A stretch of 20,508 bases of DNA from Archangiaceae bacterium (GTDB taxonomy: Bacteria; Myxococcota; Myxococcia; Myxococcales; Myxococcaceae), in the NCBI GenBank assembly GCA_043750125.1, contig JAYVCD010000024.1:1-20508 (forward strand). Direction: 5' to 3'. The translations under genes and the position numbers were made by a program. The notes under the pieces were generated by a model. The model was not told the origin of the DNA and ran no database searches. It saw only the letters and a program-made list of their open reading frames with translations. Below, one piece after another: positions 1 through 8,974 of the stretch. Numbering within the stretch: position 1 is the first letter of the stretch; the number at the start of each line of letters is the position of its first letter.

Positions 1-368
1 TCGACCAGGCGCGGCGGGCAGGCGTGCTGGTCAACGCTGCCGACGTTCCGGACCTCTGCGATTTTTACGTCCCCTCGTTCGGCCGGCGCGGGCCGGTGAC
101 GCTCGCTGTGTCGACCGCGGGCCTGGCTCCGGGCCTGTCTCGCGCGCTCAAAGAACGGATGCTCGCCGCGGTGGGGCCCGAATGGGGAAGGCTGGCGCGG
201 CTGCTGGGTCGGCTTCGGCGACTCACGCCTCCCGGCCCCGCACGGACAAAGGCACTGAGCGCATTGATCGAAGGCGGCGCGGCGCAGCTGCTCGCCCGCG
301 GAGATCGCCCCGAGCTGTGGAAACGCATTCGGGCGATCTGGCCCGCTGCCCCAGGAGCCGCGCCATGA
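1..368 (+). CDS. Partial (5'-truncated) precorrin-2 dehydrogenase/sirohydrochlorin ferrochelatase (SirC/CysG N-terminal-like)
   Basis: Frame is open from the window edge (DQARRAGVLVNAADVPDLCDFYVPS...AVSTAGLAPGLSR), matching the VNxxDxPxxCDFxxP and A(I/V)STxGxxP motifs of CysG(B)/SirC; ATGA overlap with the next gene. Confidence 0.85.
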   Translation, partial: DQARRAGVLVNAADVPDLCDFYVPSFGRRGPVTLAVSTAGLAPGLSRALKERMLAAVGPEWGRLARLLGRLRRLTPPGPARTKALSALIEGGAAQLLARGDRPELWKRIRAIWPAAPGAAP

Positions 369-1138
369 AGCACCGCAGCCCCGGAATCGTGTACCTCGTG
401 GGAGCAGGTCCAGGTGACCCCGGGCTGCTCACGGTCCGCGCCGCCGACCTGCTCGGGCGCGCCGATGCCGTCGTCTATGATCGACTGATTCACCCCGAGA
501 TTCTCGCGCGGGCACGCAGCGGAGCCCGACTGATCTTCGCGGGCAAAGAAGGGGGCGGTGAACAGATGCAGCAGGAAGAAATCAACGGGGTGCTGATCAA
601 CCAGGCGCGGCTGGGCCGGTCGGTGGTGCGGCTCAAAGGCGGCGACCCATTCGTATTCGGGCGCGGCGGGGAGGAAGCGATCGCCTTGAGCGAAGCGGGC
701 ATCGCCTTCGAAGTGGTTCCGGGAGTCTCGAGCGGGTTCGCCGCTCCGGCCGCGGCGGGAATTCCCGTTACCCACCGGGGGGTCTCAGGCTCGGTCACGT
801 TCGCCACCGGACACCGCGCCGCCGACAACCCGAACTGGAAACATCTGGCCGGTGCCGAGACGCTGGTGCTCTTCATGGCCGGACGCAAGCTGGCCGAAGC
901 CACCGCGGCCCTGGTGAGGGAAGGAAAGTCCGCTTCGACCCCCGCCGCGATCGTCGAGGCCGGCACCTGGGAAGGACAGCGGGTGATCGAGGGAACTTTG
1001 GGCGACATCGCCGGGCTCGCGGCTGCCGCGCAGGTCGGCTCGCCGGCGCTGCTGGTCGTCGGCGAAGTGGTGCGGCTGCGCTCACAGCTGACCTGCCTGG
1101 CGAAGGAAGCCTCGGCGCGCACGGAGGCCTGTCGATGA
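365..1138 (+). CDS. cobA: Uroporphyrinogen-III C-methyltransferase (SUMT; CobA/CysG-A)
   Basis: Motifs [54 protein letters not shown]; start placed at ATG 365 (ATGA overlap with the upstream stop) rather than the ORF-track start at 182. Confidence 0.95.
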   Translation: MKHRSPGIVYLVGAGPGDPGLLTVRAADLLGRADAVVYDRLIHPEILARARSGARLIFAGKEGGGEQMQQEEINGVLINQARLGRSVVRLKGGDPFVFGRGGEEAIALSEAGIAFEVVPGVSSGFAAPAAAGIPVTHRGVSGSVTFATGHRAADNPNWKHLAGAETLVLFMAGRKLAEATAALVREGKSASTPAAIVEAGTWEGQRVIEGTLGDIAGLAAAAQVGSPALLVVGEVVRLRSQLTCLAKEASARTEACR

Positions 1139-2043
1139 GCGGCGAACGGCTGACCCAGCTCAAGCAACTCGAGGCCGAGAGCATTCACATCATTCGGGAA
1201 GTGGCGGCCGAGTTCGCCCGCCCGGTGATGCTCTACAGCATCGGCAAGGACTCGCAGGTGATGCTGCACCTGGCGCGGAAGGCCTTTCACCCCGCTCCGC
1301 TTCCGTTTCCCTTGTTGCACATCGACACCACCTGGAAGTTCCGCGAGATGTACGCGTTTCGCGATTCCTTCGTCGCGACCCACGGGCTCAAGCTGCAGGT
1401 CCACATCAACAAGCAGGCGATCGCCGACGGGATCAACCCGTTCGACTACACCAGCCAGAAATACACCCACGCCATGAAGACGGTCGGGCTGCTCGCCGCG
1501 CTGGCCGAGCACAACTACGACGCAGCGTTCGGCGGAGCGCGGCGCGATGAAGAAAAATCTCGCGCCAAGGAACGGGTCTTTTCGTTTCGAGATCGCAACG
1601 GCCAATGGGACCCGAAGAACCAGCGCCCCGAGCTGTGGAACCTCTACAACGGCCGCATCGATCGCGGCGAGAGCATCCGGGTGTTCCCCCTCTCGAACTG
1701 GACCGAGCTCGACGTGTGGCAGTACGTGTTGACCGAGAAGATTCCGGTCGTCCCGCTGTACTTCGCGGCCGAACGGCCCGTCATTCTTCGCGACGGCAAC
1801 ATGATCATGGTCGACGACGATCGGATGCGGCTGCTTCCGGGTGAGAAGCCGGTGATGAAGCGCATCCGGTTCCGAACGCTGGGCTGTTACCCGCTCAGCG
1901 GCGCGGTCGAATCGTCGGCGACGACGGTGGCCGAGGTGATCGACGAGATGCTGGCCACCAACTTCTCAGAACGGCAGGGCAGGCTCATCGATCACGACGA
2001 AGAAGGGTCGATGGAAGCCAAAAAGCGCGAGGGGTACTTCTAG
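1135..2043 (+). CDS. cysD: Sulfate adenylyltransferase subunit 2
   Basis: [14 protein letters not shown]-loop [41 protein letters not shown]-terminal KKREGYF; ATGA overlap with cobA. Confidence 0.98.
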   Translation: MSGERLTQLKQLEAESIHIIREVAAEFARPVMLYSIGKDSQVMLHLARKAFHPAPLPFPLLHIDTTWKFREMYAFRDSFVATHGLKLQVHINKQAIADGINPFDYTSQKYTHAMKTVGLLAALAEHNYDAAFGGARRDEEKSRAKERVFSFRDRNGQWDPKNQRPELWNLYNGRIDRGESIRVFPLSNWTELDVWQYVLTEKIPVVPLYFAAERPVILRDGNMIMVDDDRMRLLPGEKPVMKRIRFRTLGCYPLSGAVESSATTVAEVIDEMLATNFSERQGRLIDHDEEGSMEAKKREGYF

Positions 2044-3663
2044 ATGACCGTTCTCGAGGCGAAGGAACGCGTCCGCCGCCAGGCGCAAGAGCTGCTGCGA
2101 CTGGTGGTGGTCGGCTCGGTCGATGACGGGAAGTCGACGTTGATCGGCCGGCTGCTCTACGAAGCCAACGGGCTGTACGACGATCACATCTCGCAGGTGA
2201 AGCGGGCCACCCGGCAGGTGGGCGAAGAAATCGACTTCTCGCTCTTCACCGACGGGCTGCGGGCCGAGCGCGAGCAGGGCATCACCATCGACGTAGCGTA
2301 CCGATCGTTCGTCACCGGCCGCCGGCGCTTCATCGTGGCCGACACCCCCGGGCACGTTCAGTACACCCGCAACATGGCAACCGGCGCCTCGACCGCCGAG
2401 GTCGCCGTGATCCTGATCGACGCCCGGCTGAAGGTGCTGCCCCAGAGCCGAAGGCATGCCTACCTCGCCTCGATGCTCGGCATCCGGCACCTGGTGGTGG
2501 CGATCAACAAGATGGATCTCGTCGCGTTCGATCGCGGAGTATTCGAGGCGATCCGCGCCGAGTTCGAGCCCTTCGTCGGCAGGCTCGGCTTCGAAGGCGT
2601 CACTTATTTTCCCGTCAGCGCACGCGACGGCGACAACGTCGTCACCGCGAGCGCCAGGACTCCCTGGCACACCGGCGGCACGCTGCTCGAGTTTCTCGAG
2701 ACGGTGACGGTCGGCGACTCACGCGCGCAAACGCCGCTGCGGTTTCCGGTGCAGTACGTGCTGCGGCCTGACCTTCGCTATCGGGGTTTCGCGGGCCAGC
2801 TCGCTTCGGGCACGGTGACCGTGGGCGATGAGGTGGTGGTGTTCCCTTCAGGCAACAAGGCGGTCATCGCGGGCATCGACACCTTCGATGGGCCGATTCA
2901 AAAAGCGTTCGCCCCGATGTCGGTGACGCTGCGGCTGACGACCGAGGTCGACGTATCTCGTGGAGATTTGATCGCCCACCCCACCCAGGCGCCGCGGGTC
3001 GTCAAACAGCTCGAGGCGAACGTGGTCTGGCTCAACGAACGGCCCCTGGAGAAGGGCCGCGAATACCTGGTGAAGCACACCACCCGCACCGTGCCCGCGC
3101 GGCTCGAGACGCTGCATTCTCGGCTGGATCTCGAGACCCTCAAGCCGGTGCCGGCCGACACGCTGGGACTCAACGACGTGGGGCGAGTGACTTTCCGTTG
3201 CTTGAGGCCGCTGTGCGTCGACACCTACGCCTCGGTGCGCGGCACCGGAGCGTTCATCGTCATCGATGCCCTGACCAACAACACGGTCGCCGCAGGAATG
3301 ATCGAGCAGGTCACCGCGGACTGCGACGCAGCGGTACGCGGAGGGTCGCGGGTCAGCCCCGAGGCACGGAAGAAGCGGCTCGGGCATGCCGGAGCGATCG
3401 TCTGGATCGAAGCCGAGCTGGGCAGCGTCTACGCGCTGGAAGAGCAGCTGTTTGCTGCGGGGCTGCTCACCGCGGTCGCCGTCGACAGCGCCCAGGTGGC
3501 GATCGCCGCCGCGGAAAGTGGGCTGGTCTGCTTCTGCGTCGGCGAGGGCGATGCGGCGTCGCGAAAACGGCTCCACAACGAGCTCGTGGCCTCAGGCGTT
3601 CGGGTCGTCGGGGTCGGGCCTGGCGCCACCCCGGCTGAAGTTCAGCGCGCACTGGGCGGCTAA
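2044..3663 (+). CDS. cysN: Sulfate adenylyltransferase subunit 1 (GTPase) with degenerate CysC-like C-terminal extension
   Basis: GSVDDGKSTLIGRLL, DGLRAEREQGITIDVAYR, DTPGH, NKMD, GAFIVID..TNNTVAAGMI; starts directly after the cysD stop codon. Confidence 0.95.
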   Translation: MTVLEAKERVRRQAQELLRLVVVGSVDDGKSTLIGRLLYEANGLYDDHISQVKRATRQVGEEIDFSLFTDGLRAEREQGITIDVAYRSFVTGRRRFIVADTPGHVQYTRNMATGASTAEVAVILIDARLKVLPQSRRHAYLASMLGIRHLVVAINKMDLVAFDRGVFEAIRAEFEPFVGRLGFEGVTYFPVSARDGDNVVTASARTPWHTGGTLLEFLETVTVGDSRAQTPLRFPVQYVLRPDLRYRGFAGQLASGTVTVGDEVVVFPSGNKAVIAGIDTFDGPIQKAFAPMSVTLRLTTEVDVSRGDLIAHPTQAPRVVKQLEANVVWLNERPLEKGREYLVKHTTRTVPARLETLHSRLDLETLKPVPADTLGLNDVGRVTFRCLRPLCVDTYASVRGTGAFIVIDALTNNTVAAGMIEQVTADCDAAVRGGSRVSPEARKKRLGHAGAIVWIEAELGSVYALEEQLFAAGLLTAVAVDSAQVAIAAAESGLVCFCVGEGDAASRKRLHNELVASGVRVVGVGPGATPAEVQRALGG

Positions 3664-3769
3664 GGCGGCGGGGGGAAGAGCGATCGCCCCTTTTGCTTCT
3701 GTTTTTCGCTTGAGGCAAAAATTACCCGCGATTTTTGCCTCGATTGAAACGTTGGAGCAAAAGCCGCCT
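3663..3769. repeat. Nested inverted repeat between convergent genes (possible bidirectional terminator or REP-like element)
   Basis: GAGGCAAAAAT (3712-3722)/ATTTTTGCCTC (3731-3741) perfect 11-bp stem; outer CTTTTGCT (3690-3697)/AGCAAAAG (3756-3763); outermost AGGCGGC (3663-3669)/GCCGCCT (3763-3769). Confidence 0.65.
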
Positions 3770-3793
3770 CGGGCACCCGGGGAGGGGACCGGA

Positions 3794-4366
3794 CTACCGG
3801 CGCAGGTCAAATCGGTAGCTTCGATTCTCGGTGAAAGCGCCGGTCAAGCGCGCCGCCCAGACCACTTCAGTGACACAGGCAGCAAAGGCGGGCAGCTCGG
3901 CCACGGTCTCTACGTCGACGATCTCATCCCCGGTGGTCTCGAGGGTGACCCAGCCAATCGGGTTCTCCAGCCCATGAGATCGCGCGCAGCCAGCGACTCC
4001 GGGTCCGAGCAACTGCCGCAGCACCGCTTGATGGTCCGGCCGGGTGCCCGACCCGACGACTCCGCAAATGCTGTCCCCTGTAATCCCACCCATCGAACAG
4101 CCATCGGTGCTGTAGCCAAAGCCTCCCGATGCGCCGCGCAGTTGGCCGACGGTCGAGGCCGCGGCCCTGGGGTGCGCCGATAAATAGCTCGTGACCCGCG
4201 AGACGGCGCGAGCGGTGAAGGCCGCTTCCCGGACTTCGTCGTCGGACAGCTGGGCCTCGATTTCTTTCAGGCCAATCGCCAGCCCCGGCATCCCCCTCGC
4301 GAGGTCGGGATCAATCGCGACCACCTTGCGGTAATCGCGGCCCCAGATCTTTCCGGTCAGCGTCAC
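3794..4366 (-). CDS. C-terminal segment of the VIT/vWA lipoprotein (probable frameshifted continuation of 4363-5754)
   Basis: Begins inside the upstream stop (GTGA) next to a C5 run; frame reads ...APTEVTLTGKIWG; contains AVSRVTSYL, resembling the (L/A)V(S/T)xxTSxL motif that follows the vWA domain in VIT-vWA proteins. Confidence 0.6.
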   Translation of the reverse strand: MTLTGKIWGRDYRKVVAIDPDLARGMPGLAIGLKEIEAQLSDDEVREAAFTARAVSRVTSYLSAHPRAAASTVGQLRGASGGFGYSTDGCSMGGITGDSICGVVGSGTRPDHQAVLRQLLGPGVAGCARSHGLENPIGWVTLETTGDEIVDVETVAELPAFAACVTEVVWAARLTGAFTENRSYRFDLRR

Positions 4367-5754
4367 TTCGGTGGGGGCCGCGCGGCGATCGCGGTGGAGC
4401 GCAGCGTGGCGCCTTCGATCAGCTCCTCGGGGACATCGAGCAGACTCGTGTCTCCCAAACCATTCGCTTCGATCTTGAAGTCATCGATTCGAATCGGGCG
4501 CACCAGGCCGAGCAGCGCATTCGCGGCCAGCTGAGGGTCTTCGGGGTGACCTTTGACCGAAAGAAAAACTCCACCGCTCGCGCCCGCGATGGGAGCCAGG
4601 GCGTTGTCGAGCTCTCGCTTCTCGGCAAGCTCACCGCTGCCATTTTCCGAAGCACGGGAAACGAGGTGGACGACGGTGTCGGGCGGCGCCTTGGCGAGCT
4701 CGGCGAGGGCGAGCTGATTGCAGAATCCAGTGCGCAGCTGCTGATCGGTGAAGAGGACGATTCGACCGACGCCTGGGACCTGGGCGAGCGCCTCGGCCGC
4801 AAGCCGCGCTCCGAGCTCGAGGTTGGACCCATTTCCGGGCGTCAGCTTTTCCTTCAGGAGGCCCGCCAGCCTGCCGGGCACTTCGCCGGCTGGAATGAAC
4901 TGACCAAACAGCCGCTGAGCGAATCGGCGGTAGAGCACGACCTCGACCTGGGCATCGGGCGCGTTCGCAAGGTAGGGGCCGAGCAGCTCGAGCTGGCCCT
5001 TGATCCCTTCCTCGCCCTGGCTGTGAGAGGCGTCGATGACGAAGACCACATTCGGCCGCGGAGCCGCAGCCTCGAGAATCTGAGCGGCGTCGAGCTCGAG
5101 CCGCCACATCGTGCGCTCGGGTCCGAGGCGGTACAGCGCCCACTTCGCGTCGGTGCGATCGATGGGCGTGCGGGGGATGCGAACCCGAAACACCGTCGGC
5201 TCTTCCTCGACGGCCACATCCGGAAGTCTCGACAGATCGAACGTCGGTACGGCCAGCGCCCAATCATCGGAGTCTTCGCGCGGGTAGTCGAAGACCCAGC
5301 CGCCGGCTTCGTAGACGGGGGGAAGCTGCAGCTCGTATTCGATCGAAACGGTAGCGCCCGGAGCGACTGCGAACAGCCGAAGCTCGAGCTGTTCGCCCTC
5401 GACCCACTGGAGCATCGCCGAGGTCGAAGGCTCGGCTTCCCCGGGTGCGATCAGCTCGGACCACCGCGACTCGGCCTCTTCGGCGCCGAGCAAAACCCCT
5501 TCAGAATCCACCCGCAGCGAGGTGACCACTGCCGCTTGGGGGACCGCGAGCAGATGGGTCAGCTCTTGATACTCGGCACTTTCGTTGCGCAGCTGGCGGT
5601 TGACGTTCAGCATCACGGCGCCGCGCTGAAGCCGAACAGTCACCCGATGCGACAGCTCGAGAATGGGCGGCGTCTGCGCTTGCATCCGTTCGAGATTTTC
5701 GGCCGAACAGGCGAGCAGGGGGGTGACTGCTGCGGCAATCAGGAGCTTGCGCAT
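4363..5754 (-). CDS. VIT (inter-alpha-trypsin-like) plus von Willebrand A domain lipoprotein, N-terminal segment
   Basis: ATG 5754 gives a lipoprotein signal peptide MRKLLIAAAVTPLLA-C; VIT-like beta region (VPQAAVVTSLRV, FAVAPGATVSIEYEL); vWA MIDAS NVVFVIDASHSQ, GSNL, IVLFTD. Confidence 0.7.
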   Translation of the reverse strand: MRKLLIAAAVTPLLACSAENLERMQAQTPPILELSHRVTVRLQRGAVMLNVNRQLRNESAEYQELTHLLAVPQAAVVTSLRVDSEGVLLGAEEAESRWSELIAPGEAEPSTSAMLQWVEGEQLELRLFAVAPGATVSIEYELQLPPVYEAGGWVFDYPREDSDDWALAVPTFDLSRLPDVAVEEEPTVFRVRIPRTPIDRTDAKWALYRLGPERTMWRLELDAAQILEAAAPRPNVVFVIDASHSQGEEGIKGQLELLGPYLANAPDAQVEVVLYRRFAQRLFGQFIPAGEVPGRLAGLLKEKLTPGNGSNLELGARLAAEALAQVPGVGRIVLFTDQQLRTGFCNQLALAELAKAPPDTVVHLVSRASENGSGELAEKRELDNALAPIAGASGGVFLSVKGHPEDPQLAANALLGLVRPIRIDDFKIEANGLGDTSLLDVPEELIEGATLRSTAIAARPPPK

Positions 5755-5760
5755 GCCGCA

Positions 5761-5787
5761 CGGACACCCGCGTGTACCGAAAGTTCC
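5761..5787 (-). promoter_or_regulatory. Candidate ECF (sigma-E-type) promoter for the VIT/vWA gene
   Basis: Minus strand reads GGAACTT-N15-GTCCG, ending 6 nt before ATG 5754, which has no Shine-Dalgarno sequence. Confidence 0.4.
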
Positions 5788-5869
5788 GGCCCGTCTTTCG
5801 ACTGCTCTGGCGAGAACCGGAACGTCGGCGATCAGCTTGAACGACTCTGAAATGTCGAAGGACAAGCTC

Positions 5870-6364
5870 TTAGCGCCGCGGACCGGTGTAGGTGCGTTTG
5901 CCGGTGCCAGCGAAGTTCAGAGTGACGCCGAGGCCCAGAGAGGTGACTCCCTCGTACGCGTACGCCACGTCGAGGGTCACGACATCGGCAGCTCGGGTGT
6001 CGTTGAGCTTGAGCACCGCTTTCCCCGAGCTGAACGTCACGGTGACCGTGGTGTTCCCATTGACGAAGACGCACTTCTGATCTGCCTTGACGTTGATCTC
6101 GGGGGACGCCGCCTTCTCGGTGGCTGTGCCCTCGATGACGCACGGGCTCGCATCGGTCTGCGCGGTCGTCATCACGTAGCCGGTCATGGCTGCGTTCGGG
6201 GTGACGGCGATCGTCCCGGTACCCATCGGCATCGTGGTCTTCGTGTTCGGCATCGTGTTGGTGTCCAGCCCGGTCAGCGAGAAGTTGTAAGAGCCGACCA
6301 GGGGATCGATTCCGGGACCGCACCCAACGAACAGCACGAGAGCAGCAAAAATGGCGAGGCGCAT
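5870..6364 (-). CDS. Hypothetical lipoprotein (Thr/Val-rich, probably beta-rich)
   Basis: Signal peptide and lipobox MRLAIFAALVLFVG-C; GC-rich third codon positions; two further Cys that could form a disulfide. Confidence 0.75.
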   Translation of the reverse strand: MRLAIFAALVLFVGCGPGIDPLVGSYNFSLTGLDTNTMPNTKTTMPMGTGTIAVTPNAAMTGYVMTTAQTDASPCVIEGTATEKAASPEINVKADQKCVFVNGNTTVTVTFSSGKAVLKLNDTRAADVVTLDVAYAYEGVTSLGLGVTLNFAGTGKRTYTGPRR

Positions 6365-6559
6365 CGCGACGTTCTAGTCGATGCGCCGGCCCCGCGCGGG
6401 GTCTACTTGCGACGGTAGAACGGGTCGATGAAGCCGCGCGGCGGGCCGTTGCTGATGCGCTGGCTTTCGTCGGCACTGCAGTGGTTCGAGCCGATGAAGG
6501 CGAGACTTTGGCTCGATTCGATCTGCGGCGGTGTTGGGTTTTGTGGTCTCCTCGCGCGG

Positions 6560-8974
6560 TTGATTTCGCGACCGCTGCTCCACAGCCTCTTCTTTCTCTC
6601 AGGCGCGGCCGCGCTGCTGTACCAGGTGATCTGGGTCCGTCAGTTCGGCAACCTGTTCGGTAACGGGGTGGGGTCGGCCGCGCTGGTCACGGCGATCTTC
6701 ATGGCGGGGCTGGGAATCGGTGGCTCCCTCGCAGGCCGGCTCGCAGATCGCCGACCGGACGACGCGCTGCGGCTGTACGGGTGGGTGGAACTGGCCATCG
6801 GCGGCTGGGGCCTGCTCGTCGCGTTCGCGCTGCCGATGTGCGGCGCGCTTTCGTCCGCGCTGTCTTCCTATGTGCAGGGCCCGGACTACTTCTCACTCAC
6901 GCTCGGGTCCTGGTTGGCCCGTGCGGCGATCGTCACCGTCCTGCTGTTGCCGTCGACGGTCTTGATGGGCGCGACGCTGACCCTGCTGCTGCGACACGTG
7001 CTGTTGGCGAAGGACGGGGGAACCGCCGAAGGTTGGCGCACCGGAGCGCTCTATGGGGCCAACACCGGAGGCGCCGCGCTCGGCGCGGTGCTCGCCGACT
7101 TCGTGCTCGTCCCCCAGATTGGAGCGCTCGGAGCCCAGCTCGTCGCAGTGGGGATCAACGTCGCGGTCGCGGCGATCGTGCTGGCCCGGGTACGTCGCCC
7201 AATCGCCCGCGAGGCGACCGTGGCGGCGCTCCCCTCTCCGCCCGTCGGTCAGGGGTGGGCCGGACTGGCGCTGGCGCTGTCGGGCTTCGCCGGCATGGGA
7301 CTCGAGGTGCTCTGGTTCCGATTCTTCTCGTCGGCGCTGGGAGGCTATCGCAGCGTCTTCGCACTGCTGCTCGCGGTCCTGCTGGTGGGAATGTGGGTGG
7401 GCTCGTGGCTCGCGGGCTGGGCGGCGCATCGGACCGGGCGCCCTGCCCTGCTTCAGGCGCTGGCCCAGACCGGGTTGGTGGCGGCAGCGCTGGGGCTGCT
7501 CGCGGGGCTGGACGTAGAGGCGGCGCGGGCGGCGATCAACGGGGCCACAGGCCGCGGTCAGGATCTCTTGAACCTGGTGCCGATGTTGAAGGCGGTCGCG
7601 CTGCCCGGGATCCTGATGGGCGCCGCGTACCCCCTGCTCAATGCACTGGTGCAGAGCTCGGGGCCCGAGATTGGTTCGTGCGCAGGCCGGCTGTACCTCT
7701 TCAACACGGTCGGCGCAGTTGCAGGCGCACTGGTGACAGGCTTCGTGTTGATCCCGGCGATCGGCGTTCAGCGCACCGTCCCGATCCTCGCGGGAATCGC
7801 GCTGATCGGGTTGGTCCCTTTGCTGCTCGCGGCGCGCACTCTGGCCCGCGGCGAGCTGCCTGCGCTGGGGCGGGCGCTGCCGATCTTCGTCGGCGTGGGG
7901 CTGATCGCAATCGGCGGGTGGTCGATGCGCCCGAAAGACGCGGTGCTGTTCTCTGCTTTCGTGCCCGGGTGGTCTGACGAAATCGAGCTGCTCGCCGCGC
8001 GCGAAGGACCCAACGAAGTCAGCGTCGTCGCGAAGTGGCCGGGCATCGGGCTCGCGTTGTTCACCAACGGCCACAACATGTCGGGCACCAGTCGCGGCAG
8101 CCAACGTTACATGCGGGCCATGGCCCACCTGCCGCTGCTGATGCTCGAGAAGCCGCACCGGGCGCTGGTGATCTGCTTCGGAGTCGGCAACACCGTTCAC
8201 GCCACTTCGCTGCACCCGGTCGAGAAGATCGATGTGGCTGAGTTGTCGCCCGACGTGCTCGCGCTGGCCCCGTACTTCAACCAGACGAACGAGGGCGTCC
8301 TCAAAGATCCGCGCGTCTCTACCTTCGTCAACGACGGGCGGCAGCACCTGCGAATGCAGCCAGAGAGCACGTACGACTTGATCACGCTCGAGCCCCCGCC
8401 GATCGCCTTTGCCGGGGTCGGAGCGCTGTATTCGCGCGAGTTCTACGCGCTCGCCAAAAGCCGTCTGACCCCCGGCGGCCTGCTGACCCAGTGGTTGCCC
8501 GCCTACCAGGTCACGCCGCAAGTCGCGCGCGCGATGGCCGCCAGCTTCGTCGCCGAGTTTCCCCACGCAGTGCTGCTGTCGGGACAGGGCGCCGAGCTGA
8601 TCTTGTTGGGGAGCAAAGGAGGCGACACCCGGCTGGTGCTGTCCACGATTCATCGGCGGCTCGCCGAACGCCCACGGGTGGCGGCCGACCTCGCTGCGTT
8701 CGAATTGGGCACCGACGATGCGCTGGTCGCGATGCTGGTCGCATCACCGGCCGAGCTTGCTTCGTACGTGGAAGGCTCGCCCCAGGTCACGGACGACCGC
8801 CCCCTCAACGAGTACGGCGCCCGCTCGAAGAAGCGGTGGTTCCAGCTCGACCCCCACCTCTTCCCAGCCGATGATCTGGCCGGCTGGTGCATTGACTGTG
8901 CGGACCACGTCGCCGCGCTCGAGCCCATGCGGGTGCTCTACCGTTCCCGGGCCTTCTTGAGTGGCGAGCGCTGA
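6560..8974 (+). CDS. Fused membrane (MFS-like)/spermidine synthase-like SAM-binding protein
   Basis: LFFLSGAAALLYQVIWVR N-terminus; duplicated TM units (GALYGANTGGAALGA / GRLYLFNTVGAVAGA); C-terminal ALVICFGVGNT, VAELS, NDGRQHL, YDLITLEPPP, LYSREFY, QWLP. Start uncertain: TTG 6560 preferred over the ORF-track start at 6428. Confidence 0.85.
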   Translation: MISRPLLHSLFFLSGAAALLYQVIWVRQFGNLFGNGVGSAALVTAIFMAGLGIGGSLAGRLADRRPDDALRLYGWVELAIGGWGLLVAFALPMCGALSSALSSYVQGPDYFSLTLGSWLARAAIVTVLLLPSTVLMGATLTLLLRHVLLAKDGGTAEGWRTGALYGANTGGAALGAVLADFVLVPQIGALGAQLVAVGINVAVAAIVLARVRRPIAREATVAALPSPPVGQGWAGLALALSGFAGMGLEVLWFRFFSSALGGYRSVFALLLAVLLVGMWVGSWLAGWAAHRTGRPALLQALAQTGLVAAALGLLAGLDVEAARAAINGATGRGQDLLNLVPMLKAVALPGILMGAAYPLLNALVQSSGPEIGSCAGRLYLFNTVGAVAGALVTGFVLIPAIGVQRTVPILAGIALIGLVPLLLAARTLARGELPALGRALPIFVGVGLIAIGGWSMRPKDAVLFSAFVPGWSDEIELLAAREGPNEVSVVAKWPGIGLALFTNGHNMSGTSRGSQRYMRAMAHLPLLMLEKPHRALVICFGVGNTVHATSLHPVEKIDVAELSPDVLALAPYFNQTNEGVLKDPRVSTFVNDGRQHLRMQPESTYDLITLEPPPIAFAGVGALYSREFYALAKSRLTPGGLLTQWLPAYQVTPQVARAMAASFVAEFPHAVLLSGQGAELILLGSKGGDTRLVLSTIHRRLAERPRVAADLAAFELGTDDALVAMLVASPAELASYVEGSPQVTDDRPLNEYGARSKKRWFQLDPHLFPADDLAGWCIDCADHVAALEPMRVLYRSRAFLSGER

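Noticed and set aside
1-1138. Split siroheme synthase (separate dehydrogenase and methyltransferase genes) as a novelty
   Set aside because: Separate sirC/sirA-type genes are common; the ATGA coupling indicates a normal operon.
6893-8653. 586-aa minus-strand ORF (and the 398-aa alternative plus frame 6781-7977)
   Set aside because: Shadow frames of the membrane/spermidine-synthase-like gene; Arg/Gln/Gly-rich composition typical of non-coding frames.
6560-8974. Naming this gene speE
   Set aside because: Canonical aminopropyltransferase motifs are altered; only family-level similarity is supported.
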